Positions 19,935 to 27,919 are shown, counted from the first letter of the stretch. The stretch: 32,000 nt of DNA from Candidatus Hermodarchaeota archaeon (GCA_048886185.1 JBHLKY010000003.1:225553-257552), one strand, 5' to 3'. The notes: a model not told the origin generated them from the letters alone. Made by a program: numbers and translations.

Positions 19935-21185
19935 TCAGTTAAAAGTAGATTCTTTGTTATATTGGACTAGCTTATGGAGAATAATAGCATATCCAGTAAG
20001 GGAAATAGTTTGGCAGATTCCGATAGAGAAATTCAATGAAAGATTTGGACATACCACTAGAAATAGTAGGATAAGTTTCCTGGTTCTGGAAAATGTACTA
20101 TTTAGAGAAAAATCCCTTAAGATAAGTACTGAAATAGAAAGGGTAGGAAAAACAGGTAGTAAATGAAGTATTGGAGGAACAAGTGGTTCATCAAATCCAA
20201 TCAGAAAGAAGATATAGATGATTATTAAGAAGAACCAAAGTACTTTATGTTCAATAAATCGAACTCTCTTAGGAAGAAATATTACTTCATTTACCTTATT
20301 ATCATTCCACTTGATCCATTTTTTTTGCTTAGAAAAATAAATTACAAGATGAGCAGCTATAAAATAGAAAAAAAACCAAAAAATGAGGTATAAAGCAAAG
20401 AAAAATAGCGTAAAATAGTAGTACGGATTTGGTGTCAGATAATTTGGGAATTCATAAAAGAAGAAGCTTTTAAAAGCGATAACTATTAGTTCCAAGGGAG
20501 AACTTGGCTGTTCCTTGTGGTAAGACCAATTTGGTTTAACAATATTTAGAAATAGAAGATTACATTCAGACAGGAAAAAAAATGTCGTTAAATTTAATAT
20601 CAGAAAGGAGGGTAATCCCAGAATGAACGAATTGGAGGGGAGAAATCTTTTCTGATGATGGAGAAGGTACAAAACAAAAAAGACAAAGGGAACTCCAAAC
20701 ACCAAAAAAGTCATCATTAATACGAATAAATTCTCTAAAATCTCATTATTTTTGGCAAAATTGATGAAATCGTAAGTGAAAACGGCCATAACCAGTACCA
20801 AAACCCCAACAGCATAGAAAATAACGAGGAAATTCCTATGCGAAAGAAATTCATTCCACACCTCCTGTATGGTTTTGCTTCCTTCTGCGTAGTCAACATC
20901 AGGAAGAGGAGATAAACTAAATGTCAGTTCTTCGCTCTCTAAAGTCTCCAGAAGAGAATAAATACGAGCACCCGCCTCTGATAGATAATAATCACCATTC
21001 TCAGCTTTATGGATCAAGGGAGAAAGTTTATCTAGATGAAAGGAAAATTTTCCAGTAGATTCAAGCTTTAATCTTTTAAGCATGTCTGAATAGGAGAGGG
21101 GCTCCACGAAGAGAATTTGAAGGATTTTAATGCGAATAGGATGATTGATAAGCTGAACAATTTTTGCTATTTCATGAGATCTCAT
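19935..21185 (-). CDS. ArsR-like winged HTH fused to a multi-pass membrane domain
   Basis: INHPIRIKILQIL..EPLSYSDMLKRL...TGKFSFHLDKL.PLI.K...GDYYLS, followed by several TM helices. Confidence 0.85.
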   Translation of the reverse strand: MRSHEIAKIVQLINHPIRIKILQILFVEPLSYSDMLKRLKLESTGKFSFHLDKLSPLIHKAENGDYYLSEAGARIYSLLETLESEELTFSLSPLPDVDYAEGSKTIQEVWNEFLSHRNFLVIFYAVGVLVLVMAVFTYDFINFAKNNEILENLFVLMMTFLVFGVPFVFFVLYLLHHQKRFLPSNSFILGLPSFLILNLTTFFFLSECNLLFLNIVKPNWSYHKEQPSSPLELIVIAFKSFFFYEFPNYLTPNPYYYFTLFFFALYLIFWFFFYFIAAHLVIYFSKQKKWIKWNDNKVNEVIFLPKRVRFIEHKVLWFFLIIIYIFFLIGFDEPLVPPILHLLPVFPTLSISVLILRDFSLNSTFSRTRKLILLFLVVCPNLSLNFSIGICQTISLTGYAIILHKLVQYNKESTFN

Positions 21186-22579
21186 GATGTACTGAACTCC
21201 CTCACAGGTTCTATTAGTTTCTTGAACAAAATTAAGAAACCAGTTAGACCAAGTATTTGAATTAGGATAATCAATAATTTTGATATGAGTAGTATAGGGG
21301 TTGTTATTTCGAATAATACATTCATGAACAAGATAGAGTCACCAATTATCAACAAAAGAAAGACCGTGGGTTCAATTACAATGAGGATTACTAAAAGAAA
21401 AGTAAGTTTCTTTTGATTCTTGAGTCGAGTAAAGTTTATCAAGAGAATTACGATACAAATCACCATAGTGGGCAAAATGGGCACAAAATGGATGTAAGAG
21501 GGGATGAATGAGCCATCTGGAGGAAGGAAAAACTCAAGTTGACGTTGTGTGGAGGCATCAAAGATCCAAGGTGAGGAAAAAATTATGATGAAAAAGTATA
21601 GTGTTATCAGACTTAACCAGAATCTCTTATCTTCCAAGATCTGGAGTTTTCTTGGAAAAAAGATTGGCTCTGTAGATAAAGAAGAGGACCACTTCCACCC
21701 CACTAGAGGGGATATGAGATACAAGAATATTATCAGAATAATGCTAATCATAAGCCAAAAGAAAGCTCTATCCAAATGTAAATAATAGGTATTTTGAGGA
21801 TAGAGAAATTCATTAAACAGAATAGTTTTGAGATACCCCCAAAATATCTCAGGAAGAGTACCAGCAAAATAAAACCATTCCTCTTTCTCCCAGTGTCCTG
21901 TTTGAGGATTAAATTGATAATACTCTTCTGGAAGAGCGAGAATTGCATTAATGAAATAATGCGTTTGATCTAAGAAGGATAAAAACGCAGAATAAAGTAA
22001 AATAAAGGAAATCATCCCAGATATTAGATAAGAAAAGGATTTATGGTAAATTCTACAAAAGAAAATAAAATGAACAAAAAATCCGACAAGAAAGAAGAAA
22101 AACACAAGAGAAAATGGATTTGTAAAGGATTCAAAAAATAAAAATGTGTTATCTTGTCCCAAAGTTCGGAAAAGCTGATATAATCCACCGAGGACGAACA
22201 GTACCCCTATGTAATGATAAAATACGCTTGGTGGCCTTTTAACAAACTGTAGAAAACGCTCACGGAGAGGTAGGGCACCCACTTCTTTGCGGCCTATCAC
22301 GGGCAATAAATCGTCTATAACCTCATCATTCTCAATAGATACTAAAAATGAATGAGATATGTGTCCCTCTGACGATAAAATATAATTTCCATCCCCATTT
22401 TTGGTGATAAGCGGGCCTAACGTATCTAAATGAAATGAAAGCCTGCTTGTCGATTCTAATGAGAGATATTTCAATAAATCCGAGAAAGATCTAGGAGCAG
22501 CATAGAGTAATCTGATAATGGTAATTCTAAGAGGGTGAGACACATAGCTTAGAAATTTCGCTGTACTAATAGATTTCAT
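21182..22579 (-). CDS. ArsR-like winged HTH fused to a multi-pass membrane domain (tandem paralog)
   Basis: SHPLRITIIRLL...SFSDLLKYL...SRLSFHLDTL.PLITK..DGNYILS; GAGGTG upstream; 4-bp overlap with the next gene. Confidence 0.85.
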   Translation of the reverse strand: MKSISTAKFLSYVSHPLRITIIRLLYAAPRSFSDLLKYLSLESTSRLSFHLDTLGPLITKNGDGNYILSSEGHISHSFLVSIENDEVIDDLLPVIGRKEVGALPLRERFLQFVKRPPSVFYHYIGVLFVLGGLYQLFRTLGQDNTFLFFESFTNPFSLVFFFFLVGFFVHFIFFCRIYHKSFSYLISGMISFILLYSAFLSFLDQTHYFINAILALPEEYYQFNPQTGHWEKEEWFYFAGTLPEIFWGYLKTILFNEFLYPQNTYYLHLDRAFFWLMISIILIIFLYLISPLVGWKWSSSLSTEPIFFPRKLQILEDKRFWLSLITLYFFIIIFSSPWIFDASTQRQLEFFLPPDGSFIPSYIHFVPILPTMVICIVILLINFTRLKNQKKLTFLLVILIVIEPTVFLLLIIGDSILFMNVLFEITTPILLISKLLIILIQILGLTGFLILFKKLIEPVREFSTS

Positions 22580-23046
22580 AAGACCACACCTCTTTTAAGC
22601 ACCCATTGCCTTAAAATCATTTTGACAAATTTCTTAGGTCAGGAAAAATAGATAACACAAAGAACAGAAAGTATTAACCTTTTGTAATACAGTTATTGAA
22701 TCCCTTCCTCGGCGCACTAACTCTTGAGGTCAAATATTATGACTTCAAAGGGGAGAAAGCTGCAAAAGAAACCCCTGCATTAAATTTGGTGTCATCCTTG
22801 CTAACTTTGATTACTCTCTTTATATTACATCAGAGACGATCAAATTTCAAAACAAAATGAGTATAACAACATTCGCAAAAACATTCAATGAATTGCTAGA
22901 GAAAAGGATGATGTAACTTTCTGTCTAGTTTTGAATCTGTTATCTGCCGATGAACGAGTTTAATTGAATCAGAGAGGCGATTGTACGCTTTTTTCTCTCT
23001 AAGCCATCGAATAATACTATTGCTTACTTCTAATAGATCAAATCCT

Positions 23047-24228
23047 TTATTTGGTACGGCGTTTCTTCACGAGGGGAACAAGAGTAAATATGAAAGTAAT
23101 CATAATTACGCTAAAACCGAATCCTGACCCAGATGAAACATCTGACCCATTACTGAACATGAGCCAGGTGGTGGCGTTTGCAGAATAACCAAGGGTGTCA
23201 ACAATTTCAAAGGTCCATGTGGAGTTTCCTGAAGTGGGAGTCAAGAAAAAACTCCATTCAGTTCGGAAAGTATCATTGGTCTCATAGAGAGAACCATTCT
23301 GATAAAGGTTGTAATGGTCAAAGTGATTATCGATTCCCTCAAAAATAATTTCCACAGGGTCACTGGAATCAACAATTTGACCCGGAGGAGCAGAAACGGT
23401 TGGATAACCGTCATCAATCAAGCCAGCTAAATTAGTAATTCTACGAGAGTAATCATAGTAGAGATTATCCTCAATACTGTATTGAATATTTCCCTTCACA
23501 TAGAGACCACTCGTTTTTTCATATTCAAAACGACTAGTAAATTCCGTGTACCCTTCAGGGATAGTATTACGCTCAAGAACCCAGGTTTCATAACCTTGGA
23601 GCACATTCTCGCCACTAACGGTGAAATTTTCATCGACAATTTGACCAATTTCCCAATCCGTCACATTGACATCGAAAACATTGGTGAGACTCCCAACCGC
23701 CCCAAAACTAGAGGCAAAGTCCCACGTGTAACTATATACTTCAGAACTATCATAGAACGCGAGCAGGATGACATGCGTTGCCCCATACGGATTTTGGGCC
23801 AGGACCCGCTCGCCTGTGTATTTGTTAACATTTCGAGTGAGGCGAAACGAAAAAGTTGAAGCATTTTCATCAGCCAGTTCGTAAAAGTCGTCATCCAGAA
23901 ATTTAACGCCATAATGAGTAGGAAAGTAGGTGACAGAAGCCCGCTTTTGGTAGGCATCATTGATAGACAAAGTGTAATCTTTCTCAAATTTCACAATAGA
24001 ACTGGAAAGAGAAGTCACCAAAACTTCTTCAGTAATACTGTAATCAATGACCCATTCAATGCCAAAGGGGTCACTAACCGCCTCATTAAGAAAAAATGTA
24101 TTTTCTTCCAATACTATAGTGCCATCAGGGATGAGAAATAACTCTGAATTGGCACCAACTGACAAAGGATGGAAATTTTGAACAGAAAACATAATACACA
24201 AGCATAATACGATTTTTATTACCCTCAC
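23047..24228 (-). CDS. Secreted hypothetical protein with C-terminal Ig-like domain and anchor
   Basis: Signal peptide, YNLYQNG...WTFEIVDTLG Ig-like segment, SGSGFGF-TM-KKRR. Confidence 0.85.
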   Translation of the reverse strand: MRVIKIVLCLCIMFSVQNFHPLSVGANSELFLIPDGTIVLEENTFFLNEAVSDPFGIEWVIDYSITEEVLVTSLSSSIVKFEKDYTLSINDAYQKRASVTYFPTHYGVKFLDDDFYELADENASTFSFRLTRNVNKYTGERVLAQNPYGATHVILLAFYDSSEVYSYTWDFASSFGAVGSLTNVFDVNVTDWEIGQIVDENFTVSGENVLQGYETWVLERNTIPEGYTEFTSRFEYEKTSGLYVKGNIQYSIEDNLYYDYSRRITNLAGLIDDGYPTVSAPPGQIVDSSDPVEIIFEGIDNHFDHYNLYQNGSLYETNDTFRTEWSFFLTPTSGNSTWTFEIVDTLGYSANATTWLMFSNGSDVSSGSGFGFSVIMITFIFTLVPLVKKRRTK

Positions 24229-24290
24229 ACATCATACCTCTAGTTAATAGTGAATGGAATATCTAAATATCAAAGCAATCATCATAAAAA
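24170..24290. repeat. Segment duplicated at ~31860-31962 (gene start and upstream region of 23047-24228)
   Basis: acataatacacaagca.aatacgatttttattaccctcacac...gtgaatggaatatctaaa.tatca.agcaatcatcataaaaa present at both sites. Confidence 0.9.
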
Positions 24291-24393
24291 GCTTTGGATC
24301 GGGTTTCTTAGGAGTTGAAAACGAGAAGATGCAGGATTACACATTAGTCTTTCCTCCTTAAATAGAGAACAATAGCCATGGCTTATAACCAAT

Positions 24394-24843
24394 TTATTCC
24401 CACCATTCCTTCACAACCTTCAAATGAAATGAAATCGATGGGGTAGGTGCAAGTGGGTTAAATTCATCCGCTCTAAACTCGAATCGATAAGTACCATTAT
24501 GGGAAACCGAATATTCCTTGTAGCCGTTGTCTTCCACTAATACTCCCACTGAAACTGCACTTGTAGCTACTTGAGTAAAATACATTCGCATTTTACAATC
24601 TGTGACATCGTTAAAATTCGTAATAGTAGCGGTAACTTTATCATTCGTGTTAAAAAACCACCAATCAGTCCAATACGCATTAATCAAACCATTTCCAGCA
24701 ACCTCCATATCCCCATCAAATAAATCTTTTTGACGAAGTTTTGGTTCTGATTCTGGTGAGGTACACCCACTCAAAAATACAATAAGGCAAAATACCAGCG
24801 GTATAGAAATTTTAGTCAAGAAATTTTTTATATTTCTACTCAA
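24394..24843 (-). CDS. Putative lipoprotein
   Basis: Basic N-terminus, hydrophobic stretch and LSGC lipobox-like motif; TTG start with GAGGTG upstream. Confidence 0.7.
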   Translation of the reverse strand: MSRNIKNFLTKISIPLVFCLIVFLSGCTSPESEPKLRQKDLFDGDMEVAGNGLINAYWTDWWFFNTNDKVTATITNFNDVTDCKMRMYFTQVATSAVSVGVLVEDNGYKEYSVSHNGTYRFEFRADEFNPLAPTPSISFHLKVVKEWWE

Positions 24844-25000
24844 AATTTACTCACCTCTTAGAGAATATCTTCAAATCTAGAATTCTCATCAATCCTCGAT
24901 TGATGTGAAACTTTAACTTACTAACCTTTTTAAATCTAATGAATTAAATCATCATATTCATCAAAGTAGTTCTAAAGAGATTGTAGTTTTCCTGAACTTT

Positions 25001-25072
25001 AACAGTGAGCGAATCTGCTTTATGAGAAGCTAACGACTCCTGAAGCTACTTGATGATAGTTCCGCTTAATTA
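25001..25072 (+). repeat. Intergenic repeat copy R9 (truncated on the right by a gene stop)
   Basis: tatgagaagctaacgactcctgaagctacttgatgatagttccgcttaattaa. Confidence 0.88.
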
Positions 25073-25690
25073 ATTCAACTTATTTCTAGTCCGTTGTCTT
25101 GAAAGTAAAATGAAAACACAGAAGAGAGGAAAAAAATACAACCATCTAGGAAAGGAGTTAGTAGCATTAATAGAGGGAGAAGTGGTTAATGGCCAGTCTG
25201 GGAGACTCTTGGAAATACCCTCTGAGCTGAAGGAAGGCCAATAAATGCCCAGATTAGCCGTCGTGATCTTGACATGAAACAGCCCACCCTCAATGAAATA
25301 AGGGGAGCCAGTAACTTGGAAGGTAGCAGAACCACCAGACACGAGTGTAAGGGGGGAAAAGAAATCAACACTCCCATGAGAATAATTCCAAGTTTGGCTG
25401 AAAGCCGTGATTTCCTGAGTAACATCAAGATGAGTAATTTCAACGGGTATCTCCCCACTAAAACCGAGGCGAAAAATCACAGTGTCATAGCCAGCGACAT
25501 CATAGTGCTGATAGCTAATAGTGTAATTAGTGTAATTGGGAGGTGACACTCCTGCAATCCCGAAATCACCAAGATGGCCAAGAACCTCTCCCTGAAATAC
25601 TGAATCCGAACCAGTAACAGAACCAATGAAAAGAAATAAAGTATAACTGAAAAGGCATATTTGAAAGAATAAGATTGGACGGGCCTCCAT
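25070..25690 (-). CDS. Secreted, C-terminally anchored hypothetical protein (paralog of 2518-3168)
   Basis: MEARP.F F.QICLFS.T..LFIGSVTG.DSVFQGEV.GHL shared with the paralog; TM segment and basic tail. Confidence 0.85.
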   Translation of the reverse strand: MEARPILFFQICLFSYTLFLFIGSVTGSDSVFQGEVLGHLGDFGIAGVSPPNYTNYTISYQHYDVAGYDTVIFRLGFSGEIPVEITHLDVTQEITAFSQTWNYSHGSVDFFSPLTLVSGGSATFQVTGSPYFIEGGLFHVKITTANLGIYWPSFSSEGISKSLPDWPLTTSPSINATNSFPRWLYFFPLFCVFILLSRQRTRNKLN

Positions 25691-25783
25691 TTTCGTTCAC
25701 TCCTCACTCTAGGGAGAATATCTGGAAAGAATGATATAAAATTTGTTATTCTTGAAAGAATTCCATTCCCCGAAAAATAATAC

Positions 25784-25905
25784 AAAAGCGTACAGAGATT
25801 AAACCGGGAGCGCTCTATGAGAAGTTAACGACTCCTAAAGCCATCTGACGATAGGTTCGCTGAATTTCCACAATTTTTTAAAAAAATTAGCCCTGGTGCG
25901 ATTAA
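25784..25905 (+). repeat. Intergenic repeat copy R10 (most complete)
   Basis: aaaagcgtacagagattaaaccgggagcgctctatgagaagttaacgactcctaaagccatctgacgataggttcgctgaatttccacaattttttaaaaaaattagccctggtgcgatta. Confidence 0.95.
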
Positions 25906-25928
25906 TGCCAATCACCATTTTCCCTAGA

Positions 25929-26474
25929 TTAAATTTTAATATTTTTGCGAAGTAATCCCAATACTTGGAGGGAAAGTAAATATTCTCTAATTTGCTCTTC
26001 TTTATTTTCTTTCAGAATCGCTCTTCCAAGCTGGATAAATATCGTCAGCGAGTCAAGGATTACAGATGCCTTCACAATTTTATTATTTTTAAAATGAAAA
26101 AGAAATGCCATGTCATACTTAACCCGATTTCCTGTAGGTGGAATCCCAATAAAGTACCCCTTATGGGTTCCTTCAAATGGGCCATAAAGCCAAACTTTAT
26201 CCTTTTCAGCCACAATCTCTTGTATTGAATATTTTAAATCAGGAAAAGCAATCAAACCTTCTTGAAATAGTGATTTGACTGCTTTTATCCCCCTTCTCTC
26301 TGGTTCTTCACGATAGGGGAGATTTTTCCATACGACATTAGGATCAAAGCAATTATCAAATAACGCTAAATTATTACTATTATAAGCTTCTACCACCATT
26401 CTCGCGATTCGTTTATTTTCTTCCTTAGACATCTTAAGAAAACTCCAAAACGTGAATTGATCAAATCTAGACAT
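25929..26474 (-). CDS. SnoaL-like ester cyclase (NTF2-like fold)
   Basis: EENKRIARMVVEAYN, AFPDLKYSIQEIVAEKDKV, GTHKGYFIGIPPTGNRV, FKNNKIV. Confidence 0.92.
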   Translation of the reverse strand: MSRFDQFTFWSFLKMSKEENKRIARMVVEAYNSNNLALFDNCFDPNVVWKNLPYREEPERRGIKAVKSLFQEGLIAFPDLKYSIQEIVAEKDKVWLYGPFEGTHKGYFIGIPPTGNRVKYDMAFLFHFKNNKIVKASVILDSLTIFIQLGRAILKENKEEQIREYLLSLQVLGLLRKNIKI

Positions 26475-26545
26475 TAACTCCTAAAAAGATTTTGGGGAAA
26501 AGGGGAAGGATAGATCAATTTACAAAAATACTCCGAAAACAGACC

Positions 26546-26642
26546 AAAAGCGTACAGAGATTAGACCGAAAGCGCTCTACAAGAAGCTCCTGACTCCTGA
26601 AGCCACCAGCCGATAGCTTTACTAAAAAATTTTAATTTCCAT
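26546..26642 (+). repeat. Intergenic repeat copy R11
   Basis: aaaagcgtacagagattagaccgaaagcgctctacaagaagctcctgactcctgaagccaccagccgatag...tttaatttcca. Confidence 0.95.
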
Positions 26643-26717
26643 ACCATCAAAGGATGAAGATAACGAAATCATAACACTTATAATACTCGGTGTAAAAGTA
26701 CTACCAGGTATAATGCA

Positions 26718-26996
26718 ATGTCAACAGTGAAATTTACAGAGACAGAGAAATTAAAACAACTTCAAGCCCGGATATACCTCTTAACCAATCAACAGGTAAC
26801 TCAACAGGAAATATTAGAGTACGCGGTAAATATCCTTACTGATAATATAGATCTGCTGGTTGAAAGGTTACAAGCAGGATCAAAAATTTTCACACCCGAA
26901 GAAATCAAAAAAATTCGAGCAAAGGCATCTCATTGGGGAGAGGATACCAAAGAGCTCTCAAGTACAATTGATGAAACACTTTATGGAAAGTCATGA
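26718..26996 (+). CDS. Putative antitoxin
   Basis: Small protein ending STIDETLYG, a typical VapB-like C-terminus; ATGA overlap with the PIN gene. Confidence 0.75.
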   Translation: MSTVKFTETEKLKQLQARIYLLTNQQVTQQEILEYAVNILTDNIDLLVERLQAGSKIFTPEEIKKIRAKASHWGEDTKELSSTIDETLYGKS

Positions 26997-27415
26997 AGAT
27001 GGCCATTTTAATAGATACGGGTTTTTTCGTCGCTCTCGCTAATAAAGATGACAATAATCATGACCGAACCAATAAGCTGCTAGAGGATTTGGTGACAGGA
27101 AAATGGGGAGCACGAATCACAACCGATTATATCTTGGATGAAGCAATCACCGTGACATGGGCTCGAACAAAGAATAAAGCACTAGTGAAAGAGGTATACG
27201 ACCTCTTTCTGGGATCAGAAGCAATTTGTATAGTACAACCGATTCCTCACGAAATACTCGGGGAAATATGGGCGATATTTCAACAATATTGTACACCAAA
27301 AAGACCACTGAGCTTTACCGACTGTTCACTCCTAACCTACGCAAAGAAAAAGGGGATCGATTATCTCTTGAGCTTTGATAAGGAATTTGATGGACTAGTC
27401 AGTAGGATTCATTGA
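26993..27415 (+). CDS. vapC: PIN-domain VapC toxin
   Basis: ILIDTGFF, TDYILDEA, LSFTDCSL, LSFDKEF. Confidence 0.93.
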   Translation: MKMAILIDTGFFVALANKDDNNHDRTNKLLEDLVTGKWGARITTDYILDEAITVTWARTKNKALVKEVYDLFLGSEAICIVQPIPHEILGEIWAIFQQYCTPKRPLSFTDCSLLTYAKKKGIDYLLSFDKEFDGLVSRIH

Positions 27416-27462
27416 ACTAATCAAAGAATTACTCACTCATTTCTCAATCCTCAAAAATCGCA

Positions 27463-27550
27463 AAAAGCGTACAGAGTTGAGACCGACACCGCTCTCAGAG
27501 AAGCTCCTGACTCCTGAAGCTCAGTGTGATTAATGATAGAAAGCTTTAAT
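27463..27550 (+). repeat. Intergenic repeat copy R12a (same type as R8a)
   Basis: aaaaagcgtacagagttgagaccgacaccgctctcagagaagctcctgactcctgaagctcag...gatagaaagctttaat. Confidence 0.92.
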
Positions 27551-27805
27551 ATAAATCACTTGAATATTTCAGATCACTGAGAAGAATGGAACAATGAAAG
27601 TTCAATTTTACCGATATATGGCGTTTTACATCGATCCTGACTGTTTCTGCATACATAAAGGTTGAAATAATTTTTACTAGGATGGAACTCCTTTCTATGT
27701 TTACGAAAACAAATGTTTATCAAATTAAAACCGAATGTGGCTTTTCGAGCATGTTTCCTGATCAATTGGTTACATTAGAGGGGTTATGAAACTCCTAGAG
27801 CCACC
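27510..27805 (+). pseudogene. Internally deleted second copy of the 18630-19701 RHH-vapC module
   Basis: 27521-27720 matches 18641-18840 (about 10 substitutions) and 27721-27805 is identical to 19617-19701 (vapC 3' end); 18841-19616 is missing. Confidence 0.95.
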
Positions 27806-27845
27806 AAACGATAGGTTTCCCAAAAAATCTTAATTTCCACAAATT
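27791..27845 (+). repeat. Intergenic repeat copy R12b (right half)
   Basis: actcctagagccaccaaacgatagg...tcttaatttccacaaatttt. Confidence 0.88.
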
Positions 27846-27919
27846 TTATTTCATTATATTCTTGGTAATTCTGCTTTATAAAGCCAATTACTGACGATAA
27901 GACTAGTTTCCTATTTGGA

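Noticed and set aside
22981-22994. ttgtacgctttttt, an inverse match to the repeat's AAAAGCGTACA start
   Set aside because: Only 11 matching bases and the adjacent sequence does not follow the consensus; could be chance.
1512-27845. Repeat array as CRISPR
   Set aside because: Units are ~100 bp, divergent and separated by whole genes (0.7-8 kb); no 25-45 bp spacers and no cas genes.
1512-27845. Repeat as a MITE or IS end
   Set aside because: No convincing terminal inverted repeats (only CGTAC/GTACG in some copies), no target-site duplications seen, no transposase, and strict co-orientation.
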